Below are positions 48,501-61,700 of a DNA stretch of 64,000 nucleotides, one piece after another. Position 1 is the stretch's first letter. Every line of letters begins with the position of its first letter. This DNA comes from Malacoraja senta. Its lineage: Eukaryota. Both the position numbers and the translations under genes were made by a program. The stretch lies in assembly GCA_038087875.1 (NCBI GenBank), contig JAXLNO010000655.1:372001-436000 (forward strand). Direction: 5' to 3'. The notes under the pieces are model-generated. The model had not been told where the DNA came from and did not search any database. It was given only the letters and a program-made list of their open reading frames with translations.

Positions 48501-49719
48501 CAGGTTTGGTGGGACTAAGGGCCAAGTGCAGGCGGGTGGGATTAGTGGAGATGGGCGATATTGGTGGGTGTGGACAAGTTGGGTCAATGGGTCCGTTTCC
48601 ACACTGTAAGGCTCTATGACTCTATATGGAAACAAGAATTCCCCTGGGCAAAGATGAACATCCTCCCCCAGTCACCATAGCAAATGCAACTTGACCCTGT
48701 TGTTGTCACAGCATGACCCGTGGGATCTCAACACGGCTCAATTAACTGCTGCGGCACCAAGAACACATCCTAAAGTCACCAAGGAACTTGAGTCGGAAGA
48801 AGGGTCTCGACCCGAAACGTCACCCATTCCTTCTCTCCAGAGATGCAGCCTATCCCGCTGAGTTACTCCAGCTTTCTGTGTCTATCTTCACTGGCTTGAA
48901 CGTGTCAGAGAGAACAAATAGGAACGCATGCTATCCTATTTGCGTGTCAGGATTGCAACAGTTTTCTCTGCGTTTGCCAGAATTTGGATGCTGACCAGAC
49001 TGACTGGAAATAACTGCTTGTGAAATGGGTGCAAAGGACAGGAACTACAGCATCTCGGCAGCAAGTAGCTTCGTGGACCCTTGGCAGCTAAAGTCAATCA
49101 ATCAATATCAGTTTTATTCGTCACTCGCAAATAAAGTGCAAGTGAAATGAATTTGCCAGCAGCGGTACAATGAGAAAAGAACACACAAAAACACAATAAC
49201 AATTCAACACAAACATCCACCACCAGCATTCATCACTGTGGTGGAAGGCACAACATTTGGCCAGTCCTCCTCCATTTTCCCCCGTGGTCGGGACCTCAAC
49301 CCTCCGCAGCCGCTGCTGATAAGTAGACACGGTAAAGTCCAGGTTTAGTTTAATTCACTTTAGTTAAGTGTCACATGTACCGAGGGGTAGTGAAAACCTT
49401 TAGTTGTGTGCTAACCAAACAGCAGAAAGACTATATCTGATTACAATCGAGCCATCCACAGTGTACAGGTACATGATAAAGGGCAAGATAAAGTCCAGTA
49501 AAATCCGATTAAAGATAGTCCGAGGGTCTCCAATGAGGTAGATGGTAGGACAGAACTGCTCTCTAGTTGTTGGTCGGATGGTTCAGTTGCTTGGTAACAG
49601 CTGGGAAGAAACTGTCCCTGAATCTGCAGGTGTGCGTTTTCACACTTCTGTACATCTTGCCTGATGGGAGAGGGGAGAAGAGCGAGTGGCTTGGGCGAGA
49701 CATGTCCTTGATTGCGCTG

Positions 49720-49934
49720 CTTAAGAAGGAACTGCAGATGCTGGAAAATCGAAGGTAGACAAAAGTGCTGGAGACACTCAGCGGGTGCAGCAGCATCTAT
49801 GGAGCGAAGGAAATAGGCAACGTTTCGGGCCGAAACCCGAAACCTGAAGAAGGGTTTCGGCCCGAAACGTTGCCTATTTCCTTCGCTCCATAGATGCTGC
49901 TGCACCCGCTGAGTTTCTCCAGCACTTTTGTCTA
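49720..49934. mobile_element. Palindromic Penelope terminal-repeat element (second subfamily) with TSD
   Basis: Near-perfect inverted arms; core CTGAAGA-AGGGTTTCGGCCC-GAAAC-GTT; TSD TCCTTGATT(G/T)CGCTG at 49705-49719 and 49935-49949. Confidence 0.8.
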
Positions 49935-51029
49935 TCCTTGATTTCGCTGGTGGCCTTGCCGAGGCAGTGTGAAGTGTAAATGAAGTCAATTGAAGGGAGG
50001 ATGGTTTGTGCGATGCTCTGGTCTGCATGCCCAATTCTCTGTGATTTCGTGCAGTCTTGGATGGAGCTGTTCCCAAAGCTGTAACACATCCTGATGAAAT
50101 GCTTTCTATGGAAAACTGTAACTACTGCAAACAGTTTGAAGAAGGGTCCAGTTTTAGTTTAGTTCAGAGATGCAGCTCGGACACTGGCCCTTCGGCTCAA
50201 CGAGTCCGCGCCGACCAGCGATCCCCACACGCTAACACTATCCTACACACACGAGGGACAATTTTTGTAAACATTTACACCAAGCCAGTTAACCTACAAA
50301 CCTGTACGTCTTTGGAGTTTGGGAGGAAGCCGAAGATCTCGGAGAAAACCCGCGCAGGTCACGGGGAGAACGCACAAACTCCGTACAGACAAGCACCCGT
50401 TGTCAGGATCGAACCCGGGTCGCTCGCGCTGCAAGGCAGAAACTCTACCGCTGCGCCACCGTGCAAATTAAGACTTGAGGCATCCAGCTGGGGTGGATTC
50501 CGTGAGTACACAGAAAGGAAAGAGGTTCATACGAGGCAGCTGGACTTCCCAAAAAACGTGAAGCTCAGCATCGACGCACCATCTATTCATGGTTTTGCTC
50601 AGAAAGCAAAACAGGAACAGATGTTTGGCTGCTCAATGCCTCAACATCTGTTTGTGCATATATCAAAAACACAGAAACGCATGGTTCATTGACCTAGTCA
50701 GAGGAGTGGTCCCTCCACCAGCAGATGAAGTCTATTCCTACATTTGGAACTCATTATCACACTCACGACCTATCCCTGACGAGTTTTAGTTTAGTTTAGT
50801 TTAGAGATACAGTGCAGAAACAGGCCCTTCGGCCCACCGTGTCCGTGCCGACCAGCGATCCCCGCACACTTACACTATCCTACACACACTAGGGACAATT
50901 TTACAATTACACCAAACCAATTAGCCTGCAACCTTGTACGTCTTTGGATGGCAGGAGGAAACCAGAGCACCCGGAGAAAACCCATGCAGTCACAGGGAGA
51001 ACATACAAATAGCACCCGGGCTCCAACCG

Positions 51030-51905
51030 TTTCGGGCCGGGACCCTTCTTCAGACTGAGCGTCAGGGGAGAGGGAGTTACAGGGATAAGGAAGTGTAAAG
51101 GGCCAGTCCCACTGTACGAGATAATTCAAGAGTTCTCCCGAGTTTCCCCTGATTCGAACTCGGAGAATTACGGTCATGGCCACCCGTAGGTACTCGGGGC
51201 TCTCGTGGACATTTTTCAACATGACGAAAAAACGTCACGAGCTTACCGCATTTCCCAAGTACCTGCCGTTAGCGTTACGAGCCGCTAAGAGACGTCCCGA
51301 GCTCCGACGTACCCGCTACGTACATTCTACGTACTTACCATGAGTTTGATTTTTTTGAAACTCGGGAGAGCTCTTGGGTAAACTCGTATAGTGGGACAGG
51401 CCCTTAAGAGATCAAAAGAGGTGCAGTTCAAGGAAAATGTAGAATAGACCATTGTTAGCGAGGAGAAGGTGACAACAAAGCAAACAGAGATAAAATGTAA
51501 TCAGGGGGACAGTCAGACTGGCCGGAGAACTGGGAAGGGGGAGGGATGGAGAGAGAGAGAAAGTAAAGGTTACTTGAAGTTAGAGAAGTCAATGTTCATA
51601 CCGCTGGGGTGTAAGCTGCCCGAGCAAAATATAAGGTGCTGTTTGCATTGGGCCTCACTCTGACAATGGAGGAGGCCCAGGACAGAAAGGTCAGTGTGGG
51701 AATGGGAGGGGGAGTTAAAGTGTTTAGCAACCGAGAGATCAGGTAGGTTTAGGTGGACAGAGCAGAGCAGAAACGATCGCCGGGCCTGCACTTGGTCTCG
51801 CCGATTTCTAGGAGTCCACACCTGGAACAGCAGATACATTAGGAGGTGAAAGTGAGCCTCTGCCTCACCTGAAAAGACTGTTGGGTCCTTGGACGGAGGT
51901 GTAGG
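51030..51905 (-). mobile_element. Penelope-like element 3' portion interrupted by a Harbinger MITE
   Basis: GIY-YIG remnant (LGETKCRPGDRF..., PDLSVAKHFNSPSHSH) plus terminal repeat; an inverted terminal piece follows at ~51910-52055. Confidence 0.8.
51099..51404. mobile_element. PIF/Harbinger-type MITE, TAA TSD
   Basis: AGGGCCAGTCCCACTGTACGAG ... CTCGTATAGTGGGACAGGCCCT; TAA on both sides. Confidence 0.85.
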
Positions 51906-53207
51906 CATCTCTTTTGATCTTGTACGCTTCCTTATCTAACTCACTCTCCCCTGACGCTCAGTCTGAAGAAGGGTCTCGGCCCGAAATGTCACCAATTCCT
52001 TCTCTCCAGAGATGCTGCCTGTCACGCTGGGTTACTCCAGCATTTTGTGTCTATCCTCAGGGATCACCACGACACTAAACAAATATATTTTCGTTATCAC
52101 GTTACCAACTGTGAGAGCTTGCTGCGCCATAACCGGCCTCAACGTTCCCTACATTACCACAATGACTACACATCAGAGATTTGGTGTAAAGCATCTTGGT
52201 TGATCCCGGTTTTAGAAGGCGCTGTATGAATGCAAACTCTTCTTGCCCAATCCCACGAGTCTGTTGTGCCAACCCACATGAGAGGTGCCCAAGATAGACA
52301 CAAGACGTTGGAGTTTCACAGCATCTCTGGAGAAAAGGAATAGGTGACGTTTCAGGTTGAGACCCTTCTTCGGACTGGGAGTCAGGAGAAAGGGAAACTA
52401 GAGGTATGAAAAGGTTAAGAATAAATCTGAGCCGGCACCGATGACCAAGGAAAGGTGGAGAGGAAATCATGAGAGGAATAGATCGGGTAGATGCACAGAG
52501 TCTTTTGCCCAGAGTAGGGGAATCGAGGACCAGAGAACATAGGTTCAAGTTGAAGGAGAAAAGATTTAATAGGAATCCGAGGGTCCATTGTTGGCTGTGG
52601 AAGTGGTGAAGATGAGTGATATATGGATGCAAACAGTGGAACTAGCAGGATCACTAGGGTGGGGGAGTGGCGGAGAAGGAGAAATTGCAAGGGTTCCGAA
52701 ATTAGAGAAATCGATATACCTACTGCTGGGTTGTAAGCTGCCCAAAGTGCCCAGATACATTTTGTTTCCTTACAATGTTTTAAGGCGGATAGGATAAAGT
52801 CATAAGAGCCACGTGCAAATGTTTAGTTCCTATATCCGTTCAAATTCAAATGTACAAATGAACTCAGTATACAGGAATATGAGAAATATTATCTGGATAA
52901 GTCGAATGGGTAGAAATTAGGTGGAAGTATCAAAGACCAGAGGGCAGAGCTTTAAGCTGAGAGGGGAAAAGTTTAAAGGAGATATTGGGTGGGAGGGGGG
53001 CAATTGTTTTTTTGCACACACAAGAGGGTGGTGGGTGCCTGGAATGCACTGCCTGAGATGGTGGTGGGAGCAGTTACAAGGATGGGATTGTAAAGGTTTG
53101 TAGACGGGCATATTGATATATAGGGAATGGACGGATACGAATCGTGTACAAGCAGAGTTTAGTTTAACCTGGCATGTGCAGCATGGACAATGTGGGTAGA
53201 AGCCTGT

Positions 53208-53815
53208 GAGTATAGAAGTTGGGAGGTCATGTTGCAGTTGTAAAAGACGTTGGTGAGACCGCATTTAGAATATTGTGTTCAGTTCTGGGCATCATGTTAT
53301 AGGAAAGACATTGTCAAGCTTGAAAGGGTTCAGAAAAGATTTACAAGGATGTTGCCAGGACTAGAGGGTGTAAGCTATAGGGAGAGGTTGACTAGGCTGG
53401 GTCTCTATTCCATGGAGTGCAGGAGGATGAGGGGAGATCTTATAGAGGTATATAAAATCATGAGACGAATAGATCAGGTAGATGCACAGTCTTTTGCCCA
53501 GAGAAGGGGAATCGAGGACCAGAGGACATAGGTTCAAGTTGAAGGAGAAAAGATTTAATAGGAATCCGAGGGGTAACTTTTTCACACAAAGGGTGGTGGG
53601 TGAATGGAACAAGCTGCCAGAGGATTGTAGTTGAGGCTGGGACTATCCCGTCGTTTAAGAAACAGTTAGACCGGTACATGGATAGGACAGGTTTGGAGGG
53701 ATATGGACAAAGCGCAGGCAGGTGGGACTAGTGTAGCTGGGACATTGTTGGCCGGTGTGGACGAGTTGGGCTGAAGGGCCTGTTTCCACACTGTGTCACT
53801 CTGTGACTCCATGAC
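53208..53815 (+). mobile_element. CR1 LINE 3' fragment (subfamily sharing its tail with the V-SINE)
   Basis: VRPHLEYCVQFW...LERVQKRFTRMLPGL; tail GGGCTGAAGGGCCTGTTTCCACACTGT. Confidence 0.9.
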
Positions 53816-55521
53816 TCCATGTCAATAAGATCAAGGCATGTCCTCAGTTATCCCTTCTCAGCCCTCGACGGTGTGATTCCAACATTAAACTGGAATATAG
53901 AGACATACAGTGTGGAAACACGCCCTTCGGCCCAACTTGTCCACACCGACCAACATGTCCCATCTACACTAGTCCCACATCCCTCTAAAGCTGTCCTATC
54001 CATGTCCAAGTCACTACCTCCTCTGGCAGCTGGTTCCATACACCCACCATCCATTGTAGAATATGTAATAGCGTGCACCAAGACGCAAAGTAGGGTTTGT
54101 GGGAAGGAGGCAGGAGAATGGAGTTAGGAGGGAGAGATAGTTCATCCATGATTGAATGGCAGAGTAGACTTGATGGGACAAATGGCCCAATTCTGCTCCT
54201 ATCACTTATGACCTTATCCCTGTTAAATCCTGGAAGTAAAAACTACCTGATGGCAATCTCAAACCTGTCCCACAACAAGAACAAAAATCTGATGTGCAAT
54301 TGGTTCAAGAATAGTTTGCTCTAATGGAGTAATTCTCCATTTTCAATGAGAGGGGTTAACATGCACAACACAAATAGATTGCAGATGGAGACGATACAAA
54401 TCCCAGTACACATCTCCACAGCTCCAAGGAAGGACATCTGTCTCCCAGCATCTGTGAATCTCCCTTGGAGAAATCCCATTTCCCTTGTTCTTTTCCAGTT
54501 TTAGACTTTAGAGATACAGCGCGGAAACAGGCCCTTTGACCCACCGGGTCCGCACCAACCAAGCGACCACCCCGCACACTATCCTACATACTGGGGACAA
54601 TTTACAATTTTGCAGAGATTACACAATCTTTGGAGTGTGGGAAGAAACCGGAGCAGCCGGAGAAAACCCACGCAGGTGACAGGGAAAACGTACAAACTCC
54701 GTACAGACAGCACCCGCAGTCAGGATCGAACCGGGGACTCTGCGCCACTATGGTATCCCTAAAATACAACTGTATATTTTTAAGAACTCGAGTACAAGAT
54801 GGTGCCAAAAACATGATGATTCTTTGTGTACGGACTCGGTGGTCTACAATTCTTATGGTTACATTTTATGTGTGGTTATGTATGTTTGTGCTTAGGCATG
54901 GTATGATTTTACTGAGCTGTAAGCAAAACAAGAAATTTCACTGTATCTAAGTACATGTGACAATCAAATACCATTGAACTGACCGGCTAATTTCCTCCAG
55001 CAGTTTGATTTTTGCTCACAATTCCAGCTGATCCTTCCACCGCTGACTTTTGGCGCAAAGTATACACTTTGTGCGTGAATGAATTGGCAGGGAAGAGGGT
55101 TTGAGGCCAGCAGAGAGAAGCCATGATCATATTAACACAGAACAGTTCAGCAAAAAGGAACAGGCTCTTGGTCTGCAATGTTCGTGCCGAACATGATGTC
55201 AAAGTTCAACTAATCTCCTCTGCCTGCATGTGATCAATGTCCCTTCATTCCCTGCAAGTCCATGTTCGATTTAGATTTTATTTTTTATATAGAGATACAG
55301 AGTGGAAACTGGCCCTTCGTCCCACCAAGCCTGTGCCGACCAGCAAATCTCCCACGCACGAGTTCTACCCCACACACTACAGACTGACAATTTACAGAAG
55401 TCAATTAACCTACAAGCCTTTGGGATGTGGGAGCACCCGGAGAAAACCCACGCGGTCAAAGGGAGAACGTACAAACTCCGTACCGGAAGTCAGGATCGAA
55501 CCCGGGTCCCCAGCGCTGTAA

Positions 55522-55852
55522 AGGGCCTGTCCCATTGTACGAGGTCATTCAAGAGTTCTCCCGAGTTTTCCCCGGATTCGAACTCGGAGAATGTCCGTAG
55601 GAGTTCGTGGATGTACGAGTAAAAAGTTTTTAAAAATTTCATCACAAGTAGTTTTTTACTCGTGGACATTTTTCACAGTGTTGAAAAAACGTCACGAGTT
55701 TACCGGATTTCCCGAGTACCTACCGTTACTCGTACGAGCCGCTACGAGACATCCACGAACTCCTACGGACCCGCTACGGACATTCTCCGAGTTTGAATCA
55801 GGGGAAAACCCGGGAGAACTCTTGATTTACCTCGTACAGTGGGACAGGCCCT
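55522..55852. mobile_element. PIF/Harbinger-type MITE with ~80-bp TIRs, TAA TSD, inside a V-SINE
   Basis: GCGCTG-TAA-[AGGGCCTGTCCC...GGGACAGGCCCT]-TAA-GGCAGC; removing the element restores the SINE consensus. Confidence 0.9.
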
Positions 55853-57059
55853 TAAGGCAGCAACTCTACCGTTGCGCCACTGTGCCGCCCAAAACATGAC
55901 CTAAAAGATTCTTAAAACGCCACTAGTATGTCTGCCTCCACCACCACTCCTGTCAGTGACCAGGCACAGAGAACATGGAACATACTGGAGATTGATACAA
56001 CACAGGCCATTCAGCTCACAGCGTCACAATGTGCTGAAGATGATGCTAAGTACAACTTGTATCTGCCTGCACATCATCCTCAACCCTACATTTACCACTT
56101 ACCAATGTACATATCTAACAGTCTCTTCAATGTATCTGCCTCCACCACTACCTTGGAAGTGTGTTCCCCAGGCAACCACCATAATCCGTGTAAACAAAAT
56201 GTTGTCCTGGCTCATCTCCTTTAAGCTTTACCCCTCGCACCTTACAGCTATTCCCTCTAGCCTTTGACATTCCCAACCTGGAAAACAATGTTCTGACTAC
56301 CCTATCTATGCCTCTTATAATTGTAGACACTTCCATCAGGTCTCCCCTCATCCTCCGTCACACCAGAGAAAACAATCTAAGTTTGTTCAACCTCTTCTAT
56401 TAAATACCATTAAATGTTCCTAGTCCTTCCTGAAAGCTCCAGCTCTAATTTTAAGCTTGCACCTATTTCTTCTGCATCCCCCAAACGAGAGAAATCGGCT
56501 TCCTCTGCCCACGCTGTCCAATCCTTTTTCTTTTGTGTTGAGCACATCAAATACATCGACCCCTCCACCTCTGAACCCAACATAATCAAGGACGAGTCGC
56601 ACCCTGGCAACTCCCTCTTCTCCTCTCTCCCATCGGGCAAAAGTGTGGAAACACACACCTCCAGATTCTGAAGAAGGGTTTCGACCCGAAACGTCGCCTA
56701 TTTCCTTCGCTCCATAGATGCTGCCGCACCCGCTGAGTTTCTCCAGCATTTCCAGATTCAGGGACGGTTTCTTCCCAAGCTGTTATCAGGCCATTCTACC
56801 AACAACTGGAGAGCAATTATGAGCTACTATCTACTTATTGGAGACCCTCGGACCACATTTGATCGGACTTTAGTGGGCTTCATCTGGCAGTATATGTTAT
56901 TTGCCTTACTTCCTTTATCATGTATCTGTACACTGTGGATGGCTAGATTGCAATCGTGTATCGTCTTTCAACTGACCGGTTAGCACGCAACAAAAGCTTT
57001 TCACTGAACCTCTGTGCACGTGTCAATAAACTGAACTCAAACTCAACATAGCATCAAAA

Positions 57060-57267
57060 CTTTTTGTTTAAGAAGGAACTGCAGATGCTGTAAAATGGAA
57101 TCGAAGGTAGACAAAAATGCTGGAGGAACTCAGCGGGTGAGGCAGCATCTATGGAGCGAAGGAAATAGGCAACGTTTCGGGTCGAAGCCCTTCTTCAGAC
57201 ACATTCTATTTCCTTCGCTCCACAGATGCTGCCTCACCCGCTGAGTTTCTCCAGCATTTTTATCTAC
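57060..57267. mobile_element. Palindromic Penelope terminal-repeat element with 13-bp TSD
   Basis: CATAGCATCAAAA at 57047-57059 and 57268-57280. Confidence 0.8.
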
Positions 57268-58123
57268 CATAGCATCAAAAGTGATAGTTTAATTCTAATT
57301 ACAACAGACAAACTCTAAGCGAAAGGTTTTTTTCGGGATGGATCACTTTACAAAGAAACTGAAAACAGTTTCTCATGGAACAAAATTGGCTCTATTCACT
57401 TAAGTAAGTATAATGACTCCAATGCTACGTATCTGTATGACTTACGCATTCAGTGCAAGGAGATAGTAATTTCATTATAAGAGGAGTGTTATTTCATTGT
57501 AAGTGAATTGTGTAATGGATTTTTCAATTGTAACTAGAGGCAGTGGGCTAGAATTCAATCTAGACAGGCTTTATCTGGTTTGTTTCTCAGCTATTTTTTT
57601 CTGGGTTTTAGGAGTTGATTGCATTATTTTCTTGCGCTGAGGCTATGGTTTGCATCTCGCAGCCAACTGCAGGTTCAGCAGAATGGTATTGATGTCCGAC
57701 TGGAGTCACAGACTCAGCTAATTTGCTGTAAATTAGTGTCGGGTTACAAATTCGACTTCGCACTTTAGAGATACAACGCGGAAACAGGCAGTTCGGCCCA
57801 TTGAGTCCGTTCCGACTAGCTAGCGCTATCCTACACACTGTCTGGGACAATTTTACAATTTATTACCGAAGCCAAATAAACTACAAAGCTGTACGTCTTT
57901 GGAATGTGGGTGGAAACGGGAGCACCCGGCGAAAACCTACATGGTCACAGGGAGCATGTACAGACTCCGTACAGGCCGCAGCGGTAGTCAGGACCGAATC
58001 CGGGACGCTGGCGCTGCAAGTTAGCAACTCTACCAGCCGTGCCACTGTTCCCCATTGCAATGGCTCCGTTTACAATGTGCTGCATCAGATACAACCATGA
58101 CACCATGAAAGTGCACGTTCTTA

Positions 58124-58786
58124 AGGGCCTGTCCCACTTGGCCGTCATTCGCGCGCCATTTATGCGACGTGCAAGCGTGTGGGTAGCGCGTGGGTAGCGC
58201 GTGGGTGGCGCATGGAATGGTGTGGAGGAGTGTGGAGTGGCCTGGAGGGGTGTGGAGTGGCCTGGAGGGGTGTGGAGTGGCCTGGAGGGGTGTGGAGTGG
58301 CCTGGAGGAGTGTGGACTTCGTCCTGCACGAAATCTTTGCGCGCCAACGGCCTGTCGCGTCACTAACAACGTCTCACCTCCAACAGCAGCAGAAGCAGGC
58401 AAACGATCGCCGGGCTCGGCCTGGGGCTCACGGCCGTTGCGGATCCGGATCCCCCCCCAACTCCTACTCCCAGACAATTGGAAATAGACACAAAATGCTG
58501 GAGTAACTCAGTGGGACCGGCAGCATCTCTGGAGAGAAGCAATGGGTGACGTTTCGGGTCGAGACCCTTCTTCAGACTGAAGGAGAGTCTCGACCCGAAA
58601 CATCATCCATTCCTTCACTCCAGAGATGCTGCCGGTCCCGCTGAGTTACTCCTGCATTTTGTGTCTATCTTCAAATGACGTCACGCGCTCCAGACGGCTG
58701 TGCGGACGCATGATGACGCGCGTGACCGTCGCGCGTCCGTCACTACCGGCCTGTTGCGTAAATGACGGCCAAGTGGGACAGGCCCT
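58124..58786. mobile_element. PIF/Harbinger-type MITE, TTA TSD, containing a minisatellite and a Penelope palindrome (~58484-58672)
   Basis: AGGGCCTGTCCCACTTGGCCGTCATT ... AATGACGGCCAAGTGGGACAGGCCCT; TTA on both sides. Confidence 0.9.
58231..58316 (+). repeat. 20-bp minisatellite (TGTGGAGTGGCCTGGAGGGG) x4
   Basis: Read directly; an 11-mer GTGGGTAGCGC x~3 lies just upstream. Confidence 0.95.
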
Positions 58787-61700
58787 TTACACTATTTTCC
58801 TTACATTACATAAACCAACTGATTGGAGATAAAACCATGGAAGTTTGACGTTGTATACATTAAAATGATTTACATTTTACCCAGGAGTTTGTTGAGAAAT
58901 TGTTTAATGTTGCAGTTGTGACCATTTTACAGAAGACTTCTGTTCGGTTTTGCAAAGGTTCCTCCGAGCTTCCAGTCACCTGTCATTTCAATTCTCTATG
59001 CTGTTCTAACCTGAAAAAGAACTGCCCCACATCTTCTATCCTGGCCTATTGACTCTATACTGTATTCAACCGTACACAATGCAAAATCATGTAAACACAA
59101 AGAAAGATCTTAAACATCCCCACTTCCTGAGAAGATTCGGTATCATAAGATCATAAGGTCATAAGGAATAGGAGTAGAATTAGGCCATTCGGCCCATCAA
59201 GTCTACGCCATTGGCTGATCTACCTCTCCCTCCTAACCCCATCTTCCTGCCTTCTCCCCACAGACTGACACCTGTACTAATCAAGAAATATGTCCCTGCA
59301 AACTCATGCAAAGCCTCTTAAAAGCCACCGTCATATCTGCCTCCACCACCACCCAAGGCAGCATATGCCATGCAACCACTCTGTGTAAAAATAACATGCC
59401 CCCTTCACCTTAAAGCTATTCCCATCTAATCTTTACCATTTCCACCCTGGAAAAAATGAACGGCCTGGATGGAGTGAATGTTGAGAGAATGTTTCCACCA
59501 GGGAGAGTCTAGGACCAAATGCCATAGCGCCAGAATAAAAGTAGATGCCAATAGGAAGATGAGAAGGAATTTCGTTAGTCAGAGGGTGGTGAATCCGTGG
59601 AATTCATTGCCACAGATGACTGTGGAGGCAGTCAATGGATATTTTTAAGGCAGAGATTGATATATTCATATTTAGTGCAGTTGTCAGGTGTTATGGGGCG
59701 AAGGCAGGAGAATGGGGTTGAGAGGGAAAGATAGATCAGCCGTGATTGAATGGCGGAGTAGACCTGATGCGCCAAGTGGCCTAATTCAGCTCCTAGAACT
59801 TCTAAAAAAAGGTTCTGACTATTTACCTTATCTGTACCTTTCAACATTTCATATACTTCTAGCGGAGTCAGGGGATATGGGAAGAAGGCAGGAACGGGGT
59901 ACTGATTGGGGATGATCAGCCATGATCACATTGAATGGCGGTGCTGGCTCAAAGGGCCGAAGGGCCTACTCCTGCACCAATTGTCTATTGTCTATCGGGC
60001 CTCCCCTCAACCGCCCGAGTTCCAGGGAACACAATCCAAGTCTGTCCAACCTCTCCTTGCAGCAGACACCCTCCAATCCAGGCATCATTCTGGTAAGCCT
60101 CATCAGCACCTTCCCCCAGCGCTTCCATTATCATTGCTGCATTGGGGCGACTCGTTCTGCGTGCAATATTCCAAATGCGGCAGGGCCAAAGCTCTATAAA
60201 TCTGCATCGTGAATTTGCATTAAGGCAAATTATTAAAAGCGACCATTGCAAAAAAGATGTGATTATTTCATGAAATATCCTTCCTGCACTTAGAAGCAAG
60301 GAAATGGTGGTAAATAATTCACCGGACAGGGAAAGTTAAATGAAGCAATTAGATTTCAAACCAAGTAGTTCATTAACTACTTAACATTAATTCAGACCAC
60401 ATTCATTTCATTTTTGGAATGCATTCTAACAAGTATGATTTAAAAGACAAATTGCCCTGAAGCAAAATGCTTTAAAGAAAAAACATTAATAAAATAATTT
60501 AAAGTAATGATAAGGAAGTTTGCAGTAAGCTTGGGTTCTGGGCAATAATCAGATGAATGCTGTTAACTGGAGGAGAGCGTTCAACGGGATAGCAGAGCAT
60601 GATGGGCTGAATATCCTCTGACAGTGTTACATGACCCAACCATTTTGAATTCCACAGTAAACCAGTTTGACAGACTTGGTTGCTTGCCTATCTGATCCAA
60701 TTGAGAAGGATTACTTTGCAAATTTTTCTTTTGTGTGCATGAGTTTACAAGTACATAGATGTACATGTGTGTGTACGCAAGTGTAGAAGCGGAAGTCAAA
60801 CTAGGACAGAACCATCACAGGTTGGGGCTCTAGGGAGTGTTGTAGAGCAGAGAGATCTAGGAGCACAAGTACACAAGTACAAGGCCCACCGAGTCCACAC
60901 CAACCAATTATCACCCGTACACTAGTTCTGTGTTATCCCACTTTCGCATCCTACACACTGGGGGCAATTTTTATAGAAGCCAATTAACCTACAAACCTGC
61001 ATGCCTTTGGATTCTGCAAGGAAACCAGAGGACAGGAGAAAAGCCATGCAGCCAGAGGGAGAATGTACTAACTCCACACAGACATCATCCGTAGTCAGGA
61101 TCGAACCTGGGACATTGAAAATGGACTCTACCAGAAATGAGCTACAATGATAAACATTTCATCCTCACTCTGTATGGTCCACCCAGGTGCATCCCATTGT
61201 GAGAAACACTTGCACTAATGTCATATTCACCAGACTTGCTTCATTTGAGCTCCTCGCTCCTTATTCATGTGCAGGTTCTTAGTAAGACCTTTCCAATTAA
61301 TCCCTCCATCCAGCTCGCTTCAAAACATAAGCAAGCCACTTCAAAATCTTTGTCCTTCAAAATATGCATCTCATTCCTTTCACAGACCTTGCAACATTTT
61401 AAAGACATTTGCGGTATTTAAAGGACATTGATAAGTTCATGTGATAGGAGCAGAATTAGGCCATTCAGCCCATCAAGTCCACTCCGCCATTCGATCATGG
61501 CTGATCTATCTTCCCCGCTCAACCCCATTCTCCTGCCTTCCTCCCCATAACCCCTGACATCCGTACCAATCAAGAATCTACGTATCTCTGCCTTGAAAAT
61601 ATCCATTGGCTCGGCCTCCACGACTTCATTTGAACAAGTACATGGATGGGGAAAGGTTTAGAGGGATATGTGTCAGATGCGGGCAGGTGGGACTAGTGTA

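Noticed and set aside
58231..58316. CRISPR-like array
   Set aside because: Head-to-tail repeats with no spacers inside a MITE in eukaryotic DNA.
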